DNA of 64,000 nucleotides. Origin: the human T2T-CHM13v2.0 reference genome, Homo sapiens. The stretch lies in the NCBI RefSeq assembly GCF_009914755.1, contig NC_060929.1; one strand, written 5' to 3'. Shown one piece after another: positions 15,195 to 29,142 of this stretch. The first letter of the stretch is position 1. Each line of letters starts with the position of its first letter. Made by a program: the position numbers and the translations under genes. The notes under the pieces are model-generated. The model made no database searches. It saw only the letters and a program-made list of their open reading frames with translations, and had not been told where the DNA came from.

Positions 15195-15350
15195 GAGCCA
15201 GGATTTAGGGCAAGGCAATCAGGCTCCTAGGGCGAGGAATTTAATGGGGCACTAATTCCCAGCGATGAACTCTGTACTTGCATGAATCAGAGGAGCGCCT
15301 CAGATTTTTCACGATCAGTGTCTTGCTTCCCTCACTGTAGTTCCTGCCCT
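15195..15350. mobile_element. MER96-like palindromic hAT MITE
   Basis: cagagccaggatttagggcaaggcaa ... ttgcttccctcactgtagttcctgccct imperfect terminal inverted repeats. Confidence 0.55.
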
Positions 15351-15617
15351 AGTATTAGCAACAGATCAGTTTTATCACCTTTCTCTGTTTAAGCTTTATG
15401 TATCATTAAATAAATATTTAAAAGCTTGTTTTTTAGTTGGTTTCTTGTGTGTAGTAGACATTATCTCACATTGAGGTCCTCTCAGGCTGAGGTGTATTGA
15501 CTGAGGCAGCGTATTGACCGAGGCAGCATGTTACTTGCTTTTGGGCACTTCCACACACTTGTTTCTCTCTGTCCTATGTAGTAGCATCCTTTTAAGGGTA
15601 TTTTAGTGTGTGAAGTA

Positions 15618-15929
15618 CATGGAGGACAGATGCCCCTCTCAGGCCGTCACCTTCCCTGTTCTCTTCTGCTACAGTTACTTAATTATAGGACTACTGTTTA
15701 ATGAAAAAATGTATTAAAGCTTGTAAGTGGCATTAACATATTCAGGTGGATAGTTAATTCCCAGTGGAGAATACCAAATGAGTATTAGATAATCCAGTAG
15801 GGATGAGAATTTGTAAATTTTGAATTTTTGAATTCTTTAGAACTGACTTTAAAATGTTAACATAAAAGCATTCTTATTTGTTAGAAATAAAGGACCTTGT
15901 TCACAAAGTCTCATTATTTAGTTCGATTT
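15618..15929 (-). repeat. Arm 2 of an approximately 300-nt inverted duplication
   Basis: For example ggaggacagatg...ctctcaggc and agaaataaagga...tgttcacaaagtc are reverse complements of arm-1 segments. Confidence 0.9.
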
Positions 15930-16143
15930 TTGGAGGAGATATTTGGACATTTAGTAAGAGAGATTAGGAATAAAAATGCCTTTTAAATGTATAAAGTAAA
16001 ATAATAATTTTAGCTTTTCTGAAAGGGAAACTTGCTGCTCTTGACATTTCTCTAAAACAATTATTTGTAACGGTAGGAGACTGGTATATATATTATTAGA
16101 TTGTTACATGATTTCTTTTTCCTAAAGCCTTGTTTTCTCTCAG

Positions 16144-16246
16144 GTGGAAGAACTCAGTAAAATACTCCAACGTGGGAGAAATGAAGATAATAAAAAGTCT
16201 GATGTAGAAGTACAAACAGAGAACCATGCTCCTTGGTCAATCTCAG
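16144..16246 (+). CDS. AGGF1: AGGF1 exon 2 (VEELSKILQRG...WSIS)
   Basis: ttttctctcAG acceptor, CAG|GTATTT donor, 103 nt, frame continuous. Confidence 0.95.
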
Positions 16247-17266
16247 GTATTTAGCTTATAGTGAGGATATGCTAACACTGTTACATTCAAATCATGCTAA
16301 TGTTGCGTTTTCTTTTAATTTAAAATAAACAAAGATCAAGGTAAATGAGAATTGTTAATACTGTTGACGTCTCTCCATATGATAATGGTATTTTCGGATA
16401 ATCAATTTGTTCTTCTGGAGGAAAAAGTAGAAATGTATTGTCATTCCTGTGATTTCTATAATGTTGCTAATGTTTTCAGTGGCACACTCACTGAGTAATT
16501 TTTGGCAGGCAGTTAGCCATCTACTTCCATATCTGCCTTCCTTGTGACCAGGGGCATTTGTTTTCTTGTTGATGTGTTCTAATTAGAATTATGTATAGTA
16601 TCAGTCTCTCACCCTTGTGGGAATGGTGAGCCCACCACCATGGCCTTATGAATGGCATTATGTTATAAGGCAAAATAGCTGAGATACTGAGTTTTAATAT
16701 ATATGTGTCACAAGAAGAAATCATCTTTCCTATTAAGTTTTGCCTTGCTTCAGTCAGGACATAATTTTTGGCTAAATTGCTAAACATAGCAATAGTGCTA
16801 ACTTTTCTTATCTGCATGATACGTTTTAAAAAGTCTGCATGGGGAGAGAAATTTGCCAAAAAATAAATCAATCCCTAATTCCTTGCCTTTATTTCATTAT
16901 CAGTTGATAAGCAACAGTATTAAGGTATCCAGTTAGAAGTTAAGAGTTAAGTTTTTTAAATAGAACACAACCTATCTACAGATTTTTATTTTACTCTTGC
17001 TGTAGAAAATGTAACCAACTTACCTTTTTTTTTTCTTTTTAACTGACAGCTAGGGTCTTGAAGGAGACATTAGAATCAAAGATACACACTTCTGCAGATT
17101 TATCTGTGCCATCTGTTTTAATCTTTTAAAATTTGTACAGTTGTAAAAATCATGATTTATTTGAAGTATGTGCTTTTTGTGTTTAAATGCCAGTGTTTTG
17201 TAGTTAAGTCCTTTTTATATACATTATTCTAATATGATACGATTTCACTTCATTTTTTTGCTACAG

Positions 17267-17469
17267 ATTATTTTTATCAGACGTACTACAATGACGTTAG
17301 TCTTCCAAATAAAGTGACTGAACTGTCAGATCAACAAGATCAAGCTATCGAAACTTCTATTTTGAATTCTAAAGACCATTTACAAGTAGAAAATGATGCT
17401 TACCCTGGTACCGATAGAACAGAAAATGTTAAATATAGACAAGTGGACCATTTTGCCTCAAATTCACAG
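17267..17469 (+). CDS. AGGF1: AGGF1 exon 3 (DYFYQTYY...ASNSQ)
   Basis: ctacAG acceptor, CAG|GTAATA donor, 203 nt. Confidence 0.95.
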
Positions 17470-18281
17470 GTAATAAAATGCTAAACATGAAACTGTTGAT
17501 GCCCAAGAACCTGTCCTTCTTTGTTGTTATTATGTGGAAAGATAGACTTCTTTGGTCCGTCACAGCATATATAAGGGTTATAAACATTCTTATGTGTAAT
17601 TATGCAAAGAATGTTGTAGTTTTTCCAAAACCAGAATTAGAACTTCTTCATATATGTAGTGGTTTTCCTACTACATTGTGTTCCAAAATTTTGTGATCTA
17701 CATAAACTAAAACAAAATTTGTCCAGATATTTTGACTGAACAAAAGAACTGTGGACAACAATACCACATTTACACCTAAAAAAATTTTAATGTTCCTTTA
17801 TGTCAGATACCCTGCCACTATTCAAATTTCCCTGAATCTATAAATTTGTTTTTATAGTTTGTTTGAATTAGGATCCCTATTGTGTTTGATATATCTCATT
17901 TAATCTACAGTTTTCTCCTTCATTTGTCTTTTTGAAATTTTTTTTCCAATTGAACATATAATCATTGAAGAACCTAGATCTTTGTCTTAGCCAATATTTC
18001 AGGGTCTGTATTTTGTGGATGGCTTCCCTGTGGCATCATACATTTATTCTCGAATAATTGTCACTCATTTTTAGTGCCTTCAAAACTGGGTCAAAGTTGA
18101 AGTTACTGACACACTAGTAAATGTTGTAATAAGTGGTTCAAGTCATAATTGATAGTCATGCTTTTCCTTTGTAGAAATTGAAGTCGTTACTTAAACATAG
18201 TCTCAGGTCTTGAGTTCAGCCAACTTTTTAATTGATATACAGAAGCTTTTGTCTTATTTGGCATGACTATATCTTTTATAG

Positions 18282-18446
18282 GAGCCAGCATCTGCATTAG
18301 CAACAGAAGATACCTCCTTAGAAGGCTCATCATTAGCTGAAAGTTTGAGAGCTGCAGCAGAAGCGGCTGTATCACAGACTGGATTTAGTTATGATGAAAA
18401 TACTGGACTGTATTTTGACCACAGCACTGGTTTCTATTATGATTCT
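18282..18446 (+). CDS. AGGF1: AGGF1 exon 4 (EPASAL...; start of OCRE octamer repeats FSYDENTG/LYFDHSTG/FYYDS)
   Basis: ttttatAG acceptor, TCT|GTAAGT donor, 165 nt. Confidence 0.95.
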
Positions 18447-18466
18447 GTAAGTATCTCAGACCTTTT

Positions 18467-18704
<238 letters not shown>

Positions 18705-19223
18705 TAATACTGTATGATACATACTCAGTGCCTGATATCAAATATTAAACCCTAAGCCGAAGTAAGAAAGCAAAAAGCTGCATTTAAAATTATATTTGAC
18801 TCAAAACTATTTGACAGAAGAATTCTAAAATAGCTTATGATGCTACACTTCTAAGTTTTTAAAATAAGGTTAAGGTTAAAATAAATTTTATTGTGATTAT
18901 TATAGACAATGTTTTGGAGAAGTCTTTATGTATAAAAATAACAGACAAAAATACTGGAGCTTTTGTTAATAAAAGCAGATAGTTAACTACATCGTAAATA
19001 TTTTAGAACCTAAACCAATATTTTTTTCATAGAATTAATAGAGAAGTGAGGTTAATTTTAGGCTTGGAATGAGAATTTTAAAAATTATATCAAATACTTT
19101 ATGAATTCATTTTAGGCCACATAAGGAGACTTCTTTCTTGAATTCTTAGTAGTATGTTTATTATTAGCCAGTGTTTTATATCCTGTGCCTTTTAACTATT
19201 TCACTTTAAACATTCAGTCTGTT

Positions 19224-19520
19224 GGCTAGGCATGGTGGCTCACTCCTTGTAATCCTAGCACTTTAGGAGGCTGAGGCAGGTGGATTGCTTGAGTCGAGTG
19301 CAAGACCAGCCTGGGCAACACAGTGAGACTCTTTCTATAAAAAATTTTAAAAGTCAGCTGGATGTAGTGGCTCACCCTCTAGTCCCAGCTACTCAGGAGG
19401 CTGATGTGGGAGCGTCGCTTGAGCTGGGAAGATGGAGGCTGCAGTGAGCCATGATTGCACCACTGCCCTCCAGACTAGGTGACAGAGTGAGACCCTGTCT
19501 CAAAAAACAAGCAAACAAAA
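19224..19520 (+). mobile_element. Alu (AluJ-like)
   Basis: Diverged full-length Alu. Confidence 0.88.
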
Positions 19521-21256
19521 ATCAATCTGTTAGCAATGAGAACTAGGGAATTAATATGGGATCTAAAATATAATGGACCACTGACTAGGATAGAACCAGA
19601 AAATAAAGTTCTTGATTTATAATACAGTGTTATAGCTGTTGAAGTCTAATAATTATATTTCGTTGAAGATTTGATGACAATGATAGAACTCAGTCACATA
19701 CCTCAAACTCAAGAATCTAGTAATGTAATCTGGTTTTCTGAGGAATTATAGAATGTGGTACACAAAAGTGGAGTTGACGTTCATCATTCCTGTTACTGGA
19801 ACTATTGTTATCTAGAGAACATAAGATAATACTAAATATCTCAATTAACATAAGAGGTGTCATTAGTTTGTCAATCTGCATATGGTAAACTGTAAGTCCT
19901 TTGTAAAGAGAGGGTTTTCTTTCATGGGGGTTGCTAATTGACAATGCTAATTAATAACCAGGAAATTAATGTTTAAACACTTATCCAAAGGGAGTAGTTA
20001 TTTAGTTTCTAGGAAAACAATAGTTTCAAGTAGACATTAGTCTTTGTCAATCTTCTGCCTGTCTTTCTGTATCTTTTCTCTTGACATCAGTTGTTTTGTA
20101 AATGGTTAGTACGTTCTGCAGGTTATATTTCTGAGTAAATTAGGAACTTCATTGTGTTGCCATTTTCATTGTGCTAATATTTTAATAAATTTTTTTTATA
20201 TTTTGAAAATGTCTATATTTTGGACTGATAAACAGATTTAAAAGGTTTGAATTATAAAAGTTCCATTATTACTAGAAATAAAGATTGGAAAGCCTCCACT
20301 CAGTTTCTTAGTTAAGAGAAAGATGGTGAGAAATCTAAATATTTTTTGTAAGAGATCTGCAAAATGCATGGATTAAAGACAATAAATTGCAAGTGTCAAT
20401 AGTTAGAAAAATAAATTATTCTTTTTCAGGAAGTTTTAGTTGCTCAATCTCAGTACATTAAAGATGTTTCCGGGTCTGGTCTGCATGGATTTAGGATGTA
20501 AATAAAATATAGACTGTTCAATTAAATTTGGTTTTAGAGTACTGGCCAGTATATCATAAATATAGGTGATTACCTAATTTTATCTTTCTGGTTTTTAAAT
20601 CTGTAATTTGCCAAATTCATTTATGCATGGTTGCTTGTAAGTCTTATTTACTATAGAACTGATTAATTAGTGGAGACAGTTTATTGATTGCATTTTATAG
20701 AATGTTATTTTTTGGTATGCATGAACTTTATTTTCAAAATTTTCTTCTCTAATTTTAAGTTATGAACATCAAAAGACAAATCTTTGTTTTATGACATTGA
20801 GAGGAGGGTTTAGGGGTTTATACTGCCACACCATTATTGTGCAGTCATTAAGAATCAGGAGTCTAGAATTGCGCTCATATGGTCAGCTTTTTCTTATGCT
20901 TGCTTTAGTTTTCATGCCTTTAAAAGTATTATCAATTTTTTTAATGTATTAAGTGGAACCATATGAAATTGCTGTTTCTTATAAGTTAAAAGTGGTCAAG
21001 TATTGACAATTTTATATGATTAAATTTAATATTTAGATTTACTTGTTTCTCACACTAGGAAAATTAGATCAGTTATTGAATGGTAAAGTATTTTGGAAGA
21101 TTAAAGCATTTTTTATTGTTATCTTTAATTCATTGTCTTCTGAAAATACTATAGTTGTTCAAAGAAATATTTACCACATTTGAATGTATTTGGCATTTTC
21201 GTTAAGTTTATTTTATCTTACATGAATAGAATTTATTTTTTTCTTGACTTTCAAAG

Positions 21257-21445
21257 GAAAATCAACTCTATTATGATCCTTCCACTGGAATTTATTACTA
21301 TTGTGATGTGGAAAGTGGTCGTTATCAGTTTCATTCTCGAGTAGATTTGCAACCTTATCCGACTTCTAGCACAAAACAAAGTAAAGATAAAAAATTGAAG
21401 AAGAAAAGAAAAGATCCAGATTCTTCTGCAACAAATGAGGAAAAG
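21257..21445 (+). CDS. AGGF1: AGGF1 exon 5 (rest of OCRE; basic KKLKKKRK cluster)
   Basis: tttcaaAG acceptor, AAG|GTAATG donor, 189 nt. Confidence 0.95.
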
Positions 21446-21834
21446 GTAATGTCTTTACAATTTTAAAAATTGACATAATGGTGATAACATGATAATTAAG
21501 ACAAAATTTTTTATGAAACTGACAATCATTCAATAACTCTGCATTTCAAACATACCCATTAAGATAACCTAGGAAAGTTTAGATGGAGCAAACATGGACT
21601 TTTTCATAAACTCTGTCACTAGAAATAGAAAGCATTTCTTAAAATTTGAAGGAGATAGATTAAGGTCAGATAAAATATCTCGTATATAGTTTGGAAGAAG
21701 AATTCAGATCCTCAGTTGATAAGTTGATGTCAATGCACAGTTCATAATAAAAGATAAACACAGTTTATAGGTAGACATAGATACAGGTTCAACTTTCTTA
21801 GTTATGTGGAGCAATTTTTTACTTATTAGGACAA

Positions 21835-22134
<300 letters not shown>

Positions 22135-22498
22135 AGGAAAATATTAAAAAAAAAAAAAAAATCCATTGCTGACAACTGTGGAGTGAGATAACATATTTAT
22201 TAGGATTAATAGTTTAAATGGCCTGCAAGACAATGGTTAAGAAAGCGATAGTTACATTTAATTTAAAAAAGTATTATGTAGGCTTTCAGATGGTACTTGT
22301 AAAGACTAAGGGGAACCCCAAAAATGCTTATGATGATGCAATGTTAAATTGAAAGAAGGAAAATATAAAAAGTTATCAGTGTTCTTTATTTCTACTCTCT
22401 AAACAGGTAAGTTTGGTGGTTTATAGGTTATAAAGGAGGCTTGTTTGTTTTATTGATATTTTATGAACTGTGGCAACTATTTGATATCTTACTCTTGA

Positions 22499-22765
<267 letters not shown>

Positions 22766-23001
22766 TAACCAAAGAAAAATTACTTGATACTAAATTGTAA
22801 AGTTCACATAAGGAATTAGGATTCTGTTAGATTTTTTCTGTTCTCTATTTGATTTGTTTCTGTTCTATTTTTTTGTGAACAATACTTAGGAATAGAAGAG
22901 TATGTGACTAAAATACTAAAAATCAGTTTTCTGTTTGCTTTCAAGATCTCTGTTTTAATGGCTTGTGCTTGTTACTAGTGGTTTGATTGTTTGAAAGGCT
23001 A

Positions 23002-23395
<394 letters not shown>

Positions 23396-23510
23396 CTAGA
23401 GAATAGACATGGAAAGCATTCTGTGATATTTTGGTCCAGCCTCGCTCCCATAACTACTCATCTTTGCCATTCTTCTTTGAAAATGTGCGAATTCCAAGAC
23501 AAGAACTTTT

Positions 23511-25976
23511 TTTTTTTTTTTTTTTAAATTTATTTATTTTTAATTTATTTTTTTATTGATAATTCTTGGGTGTTTCTCACAGAGGGGGATTTGGCAGGGT
23601 CATGGGACAATAGTGGAGGGAAGGTCAGCAGATAAACAAGTGAACAAAGGTCTCTGGTTTTCCTAGGCAGAGGACCCTGCGGCCTTCCGCAGTGTTTGTG
23701 TCCCTGGGTACTTGAGATTAGGGAGTGGTGATGACTCTTAACGAGCATGCTGCCTTCAAGCATCTGTTTAACAAAGCACATCTTGCACCACCCTTAATCC
23801 TTTTAACCCTGAGTGGACACAGCACATGTTTCAGAGAGCACAGGGTTGGGGGTAAGGTCACAGATCAACAGGATCCCAAGGCAGAGGAATTTTTCTTAGT
23901 GCAGAACAAAATGAAGTCTCCCATGTCTACTTCTTTCTACACAGACACGGCAACCATCCGATTTCTCAATCTTTTCCCCACCTTTCTCGCCTTTCTATTC
24001 CACAAAGCCGCCATTGTCATCCTGGCCCGTTCTCAATGAGCTGTTGGGCACACCTCCCAGACGGGGTGGTGGCCGGGCAGAGGGGCTCCTCACTTCCCAG
24101 TAGGGGCGGCCGGGCAGAGGCGCCCCTCACCTCCCGGACAGGGCGGCTGGCTGGGCGGGGGGGCTGACCCCCCCCACCTCCCTCCCGGACGGGGCGGCTG
24201 GCCGGGCGGGGGGCTGACCCCCCCACCTCCCTCCCGGACGGGGCGGCTGGCCGGGCAGAGGGGCTCCTCACTTCCCAGTAGGGGCGGCCGGGCAGAGGCG
24301 CCCCTCACCTCCCGGACGGGGCGGCTGGCCGGGCGGGGGGGCTGACCCCCCCCCACCTCCCTCCCGGACGGGGCGGCTGGCCGGGCGGGGGGCTGACCCC
24401 CCCACCTCCATCCCGGACGGGGCGGCTGGCCGGGCAGAGGGGCTCCTCACTTCCCAGTAGGGGCGGCCGGGCAGAGGCGCCCCTCACCTCCCGGACGGGG
24501 CGGCTGGCCGGGCAGGGGGGCTGACCCCCCCCACCTCCCTCCCGGACGGGGCGGCTGGCCGGGCGGGGGGCCGACCCCCCCACCTCCCTCCCGGACGGGG
24601 CGGCTGGCCGGGCGGGGGGCCGACCCCCCCACCTCCCTCCCGGACGGGGCGGCTGGCCGGGCAGAGGGGCTCCTCACTTCCCAGTAGGGGCGGCCGGGCA
24701 GAGGCGCCCCTCACCTCCCAGACGGGGCGGCTGGCCGGGCGGAGGGCTGACCCCCCCACCTCCCTCCCGGACAGGGCGGCTGGCCGGGCGGGGGGCTGAC
24801 CCCCCCACCTCCCTCCCGGACGGGGCGGCTGGCCGGGCAGAGGGGCTCCTCACTTCCCAGTAGGGGCGGCCGGGCAGAGGCGCCCCTCACCTCCCAGACG
24901 GGGCGGCTGGCCGGGCGGAGGGCTGACCCCCCCACCTCCCTCCCGGACAGGGCGGCTGGCCGGGCGGGGGTCTGACCCCCCCACCTCCCTCCCGGACGGG
25001 GCGGCTGGACGGGGCGGCTGGCCGGGCAGAGGGGCTCCTCACTTCCCAGTAGGGGCGGCCGGGCAGAGGCGCCCCTCACCTCCCAGACGGGGCGGTTGGC
25101 CGGGCGGAGGGCTGACCCCCCCACCTCCCTCCCGGACGGGGCGGCTGGCCAGGCGGGGGGCTGACCCCCCCACCTCCCTCCCGGACGGGGCGGCTGGCCG
25201 GGCGGGGGGCTGACCCCCCCACCTCCCTCCCGGACGGCACGGCTGGCCAGGCGGGGGGCTGACCCCCCCCCCTCCCGGATGGCACGGCTGGCCGGGCGGG
25301 GGGGCTGACCCCCCACCTCCCTCCCGGATGGGGCGGCTGGCCGGGCGGGGGGCTGATCCCCCCCACCTCCCTCCCGGACGGGGTGGCTGCCGGGCGGAGA
25401 CGCTCCTCACTTCCCAGATGGGGTGGCTGCCGGGCGGAGAGGCTCCTCACTTCTCAGAGGGGGCAGCTGCCGGGCGGAGGGGCTCCTCACTTCTCAGACG
25501 GGGTGGTTGCCAGGCAGAGGGTCTCCTCACTTCTCAGACGGGGCGGCCGGGCAGAGACGCTCGTCACCTCCCAGACGGGGTCTCGGCCGGGCAGAGGTGC
25601 TCCTCACATCCCAGATGGGGCGGCGGGGCAGAGGCGCTCCCCACATCTCAGACAATGGGCGGCCGGGCAGAGACGCTCCTCACTTCCTAGATGTGATGGC
25701 GGCTGGGAAGAGGCGCTCCTCACTTCCTAGATGGGATGGCGGCCGGGCGGAGACGCTCCTCACTTTCCAGACTGGGCAGCCAGGCAGAGGGGCTCCTCAC
25801 ATCCCAGACGATGGGCGGCCAGGCAGAGACACTCCTCACTTCCCAGACAGGGTGGCGGCCGGGCAGAGGCTGCAATCTCGGCACTTTGGGAGGCCAAGGC
25901 AGGCGGCTGGGAGGTGTAGGTTGTAGTGAGCCGAGATCACGCCACTGCACTCCAGCCTGGGCACCATTGAGCACTC
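23511..25976 (-). mobile_element. SVA retrotransposon (probably SVA_F), 5'-truncated, antisense in AGGF1 intron 5
   Basis: poly(T), SINE-R (about 23530-24050), GC-rich VNTR (about 24050-25860), partial Alu-like domain, no CCCTCT hexamer; 13-bp TSD GACAAGAACTTTT at 23498-23510 and 25977-25989; TT/AAAA endonuclease site. Confidence 0.96.
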
Positions 25977-26507
25977 GACAAGAACTTTTAAGAAAAATCC
26001 TGTTGGAATTTTGAGAATTTCCTTAGGATTCTAAAAGGTACCTGTGAGGCCAAGAGAGTATCTTCATCTGTTTTCTTTATTTTTAAAGATATTTTTGAGC
26101 CTCACTTTTTGTAGGTGAAGGTTATGTGGAAGGAAGACAGTAGGGGAGATAGGAGTAAATAATTTGAAATATACATATGTGCCTCAGTGCCCATAAATAA
26201 GCCCTCCTTTCTTTTCACTTAATGACTATCTAATGTTCTGTACTGGCAAATAGCTTTCCCTGCATATGTTGTTCAGTAAGTAATAAATATACAAGATTGG
26301 AAACTGCTTTTTTAAGAGTATATACAGATAGGGAACTTTTTTGCTATAATTTTATAATGTAAAAGCTCCTCATGGTTTTTCAGCTCCTTGCCCTTGTTCT
26401 TGTTCTGGGTGAATTTGTATTGCTAGAAGTGTGTATAATTTATCACACTGTGAATGTTTAGCCAGTCTCCAAGCTGAACTTACGCTGTTATCAAAGATAG
26501 GTATGTG

Positions 26508-26892
<385 letters not shown>

Positions 26893-27434
26893 TTACTTTT
26901 TCTAAGGCTGAAATGATAGATTTGACCATTGTATAACACGGTGACTATTGTTAATAACAATGTGTTGTATTATTGCAAACTGCTGAGAGCAAATTTTAAG
27001 TTTCTTACCACAGAAAAATAAGTATTTCAGGTAATGTACATGTTAATTAGCTCAATTTAACCACTGTACATTGTGTACATATTTCAAAACTTCATGTTGT
27101 ACATGATAAAAATACATCATTTTTGTTAATTAAAAAATATTTATTATAAGGCATATCAACTATAAATGTACAATAAATAATAAAAGACTTATGCCAGGCA
27201 AGTTAAAATTTTGGAATAAGATAGTCACAGTTAATTTGTACTTTAAACTTTTATGTATTATCAAGCTGAATCTGAAGTACTAAATTTTAGCAAAACTACA
27301 ATTTTGCTACATATTGAGTACATTTGGATCTTTAAATTCATGTCATAAGTAAAGCTAATTCTGTATTTTATTTGTGTTGACTAGCTAATTGATTACTAGT
27401 TTAAAAAGAAAATTTAGAATAGGTATTCTTTAGG

Positions 27435-27655
27435 CCTGCACTATCCAGTAAGGTAGCCAGCAGCTCCATGTGGCTGTTGAGCACTTGAAGTTTTGCTAAT
27501 CCAAACTCAAATGTGCTGTTAAGTGTAAAATACACTCTGGATGTTGCAGACTATGTAAACTATCTCATTAATAATTTTACTTTTTAAATGTGGCTACTAG
27601 AAAATGTAAAAGTACAAATATGGTTTGTGTTACATTTTTATTGGACACCATTGGT
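27435..27655. mobile_element. MER3/MER33-like hAT-Charlie element
   Basis: tccagtaaggtagcca...atgtggct...ttgagcacttgaa; atgtggctactagaaaat; ttggaca end. Confidence 0.65.
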
Positions 27656-28018
27656 CTAGGCTATCCCATAGTCCAGGCAGTATGTGATGAGGGCCTGAAC
27701 TAGGAATGTTAAGACATTGAGAATAGAGAGACAGATTTGGATATATTTTGAGAAAAGTCTGTAGCACTTCGTAATTTTATATATGGTTAAAGGGATCTCA
27801 GAGATAACTATAGGATTTTCAATTTGGATAATAAGAAGATGGTAATATCATTAACCAAGAAAGGAAATGTGAGAAGGAGAGGGGGAACAGATTGTAACCA
27901 TTGTTATTTTACTGACACATATCTTCACGAATTCGTTGAAACTTGATGTAATGTTATAAGATAGTGATGTTTAAGAGTATTCTCCCCTGTTCCCTCGTAT
28001 CTACCCACCCTTCTCCAG

Positions 28019-28349
28019 GATTTGAACTCAGAGGATCAAAAAGCCTTCAGTGTTGAACATACAAGCTGCAATGAGGAAGAAAATTTCGCAAATATGAAAA
28101 AGAAGGCCAAAATAGGCATTCATCACAAAAATAGTCCCCCCAAAGTCACTGTTCCAACTAGTGGAAATACTATAGAGTCTCCTCTTCATGAAAACATCTC
28201 TAATTCAACATCATTTAAAGATGAGAAAATCATGGAGACTGATAGTGAACCAGAGGAAGGTGAAATTACAGACTCTCAGACTGAGGATAGTTATGACGAA
28301 GCCATTACCAGTGAAGGCAATGTAACTGCAGAAGATAGTGAGGATGAAG
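28019..28349 (+). CDS. AGGF1: AGGF1 exon 6 (DLNSEDQK...EDSEDE, acidic low-complexity region)
   Basis: ttctccAG acceptor, AAG|GTGAGT donor, 331 nt; matches ORF 28022-28357. Confidence 0.96.
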
Positions 28350-28807
28350 GTGAGTAAATAATCATTATTTAAGTAAATAGCCCAGTCTGGTAACTATAAA
28401 AGAGCAAAACCATTAAAAATGTTAGTGAGTTGTAGTATATCTGCCAGAAAGTAAACATTATTTTAATGATGTTATTGAAAATGTTGTGGGTTGCCACTTG
28501 GTTATTCTTAGAGAGTAGGATGTGAATAAATGACTAATACTTAGACCTTCAGAAGGTTTCATTGTATTGAATGGCATAGTCAGTAGAATACAAAGCCAGG
28601 TTACCTGGATTCTAATCTTAAAATATAGATTAAGGCTGTTTTAGTGGGTTAGATATTTGTAGTCTACTTTTGTAATTGAGAGAGAAAAACAAGTTGTCTT
28701 TAAAAAGTATACATTATGAATTCAGCTACATGGATATTATGGTAAATCTAATTTTTTTTTACTTGAATATATAAAGACATACTTTTAAAACACAGGATTT
28801 CATATTA

Positions 28808-29142
28808 CAGTTGGCCTTCTGTATCCATGGGTTCTACTTTAGTGGATTCAAGCAACCTCAGATCAAAAATATTCAGGGAAAAAAATGGATAGCTACATCT
28901 GTACTGAACATGTACACACTTTTTTTCTTGTTATTGTCCCCTAAATATGGTGTACCTATTTATATAGCATTTACATTGTATTAGGTGTAAGTAATCTAGA
29001 GATGATTTAAGTTATACAGAAGGATGCACATAAGTTATATGCAAATACGATACAATTTATATAAGGACTTGAACATCCATAGATTTTGGCATATGAGGAG
29101 GGATCTTGGAACTAATCCCCCACAGATACCGAGGGCCAACTG
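28808..29142. mobile_element. MER2-like Tigger MITE
   Basis: Terminal inverted repeats CAGTTGGCCTTCTGTATC / GATACCGAGGGCCAACTG, preceded by TA. Confidence 0.8.

Noticed and set aside
24017-26014. Many overlapping Pro/Gly/Arg-rich ORFs
   Set aside because: Translations of the GC-rich SVA VNTR and Alu-like domain, not genes
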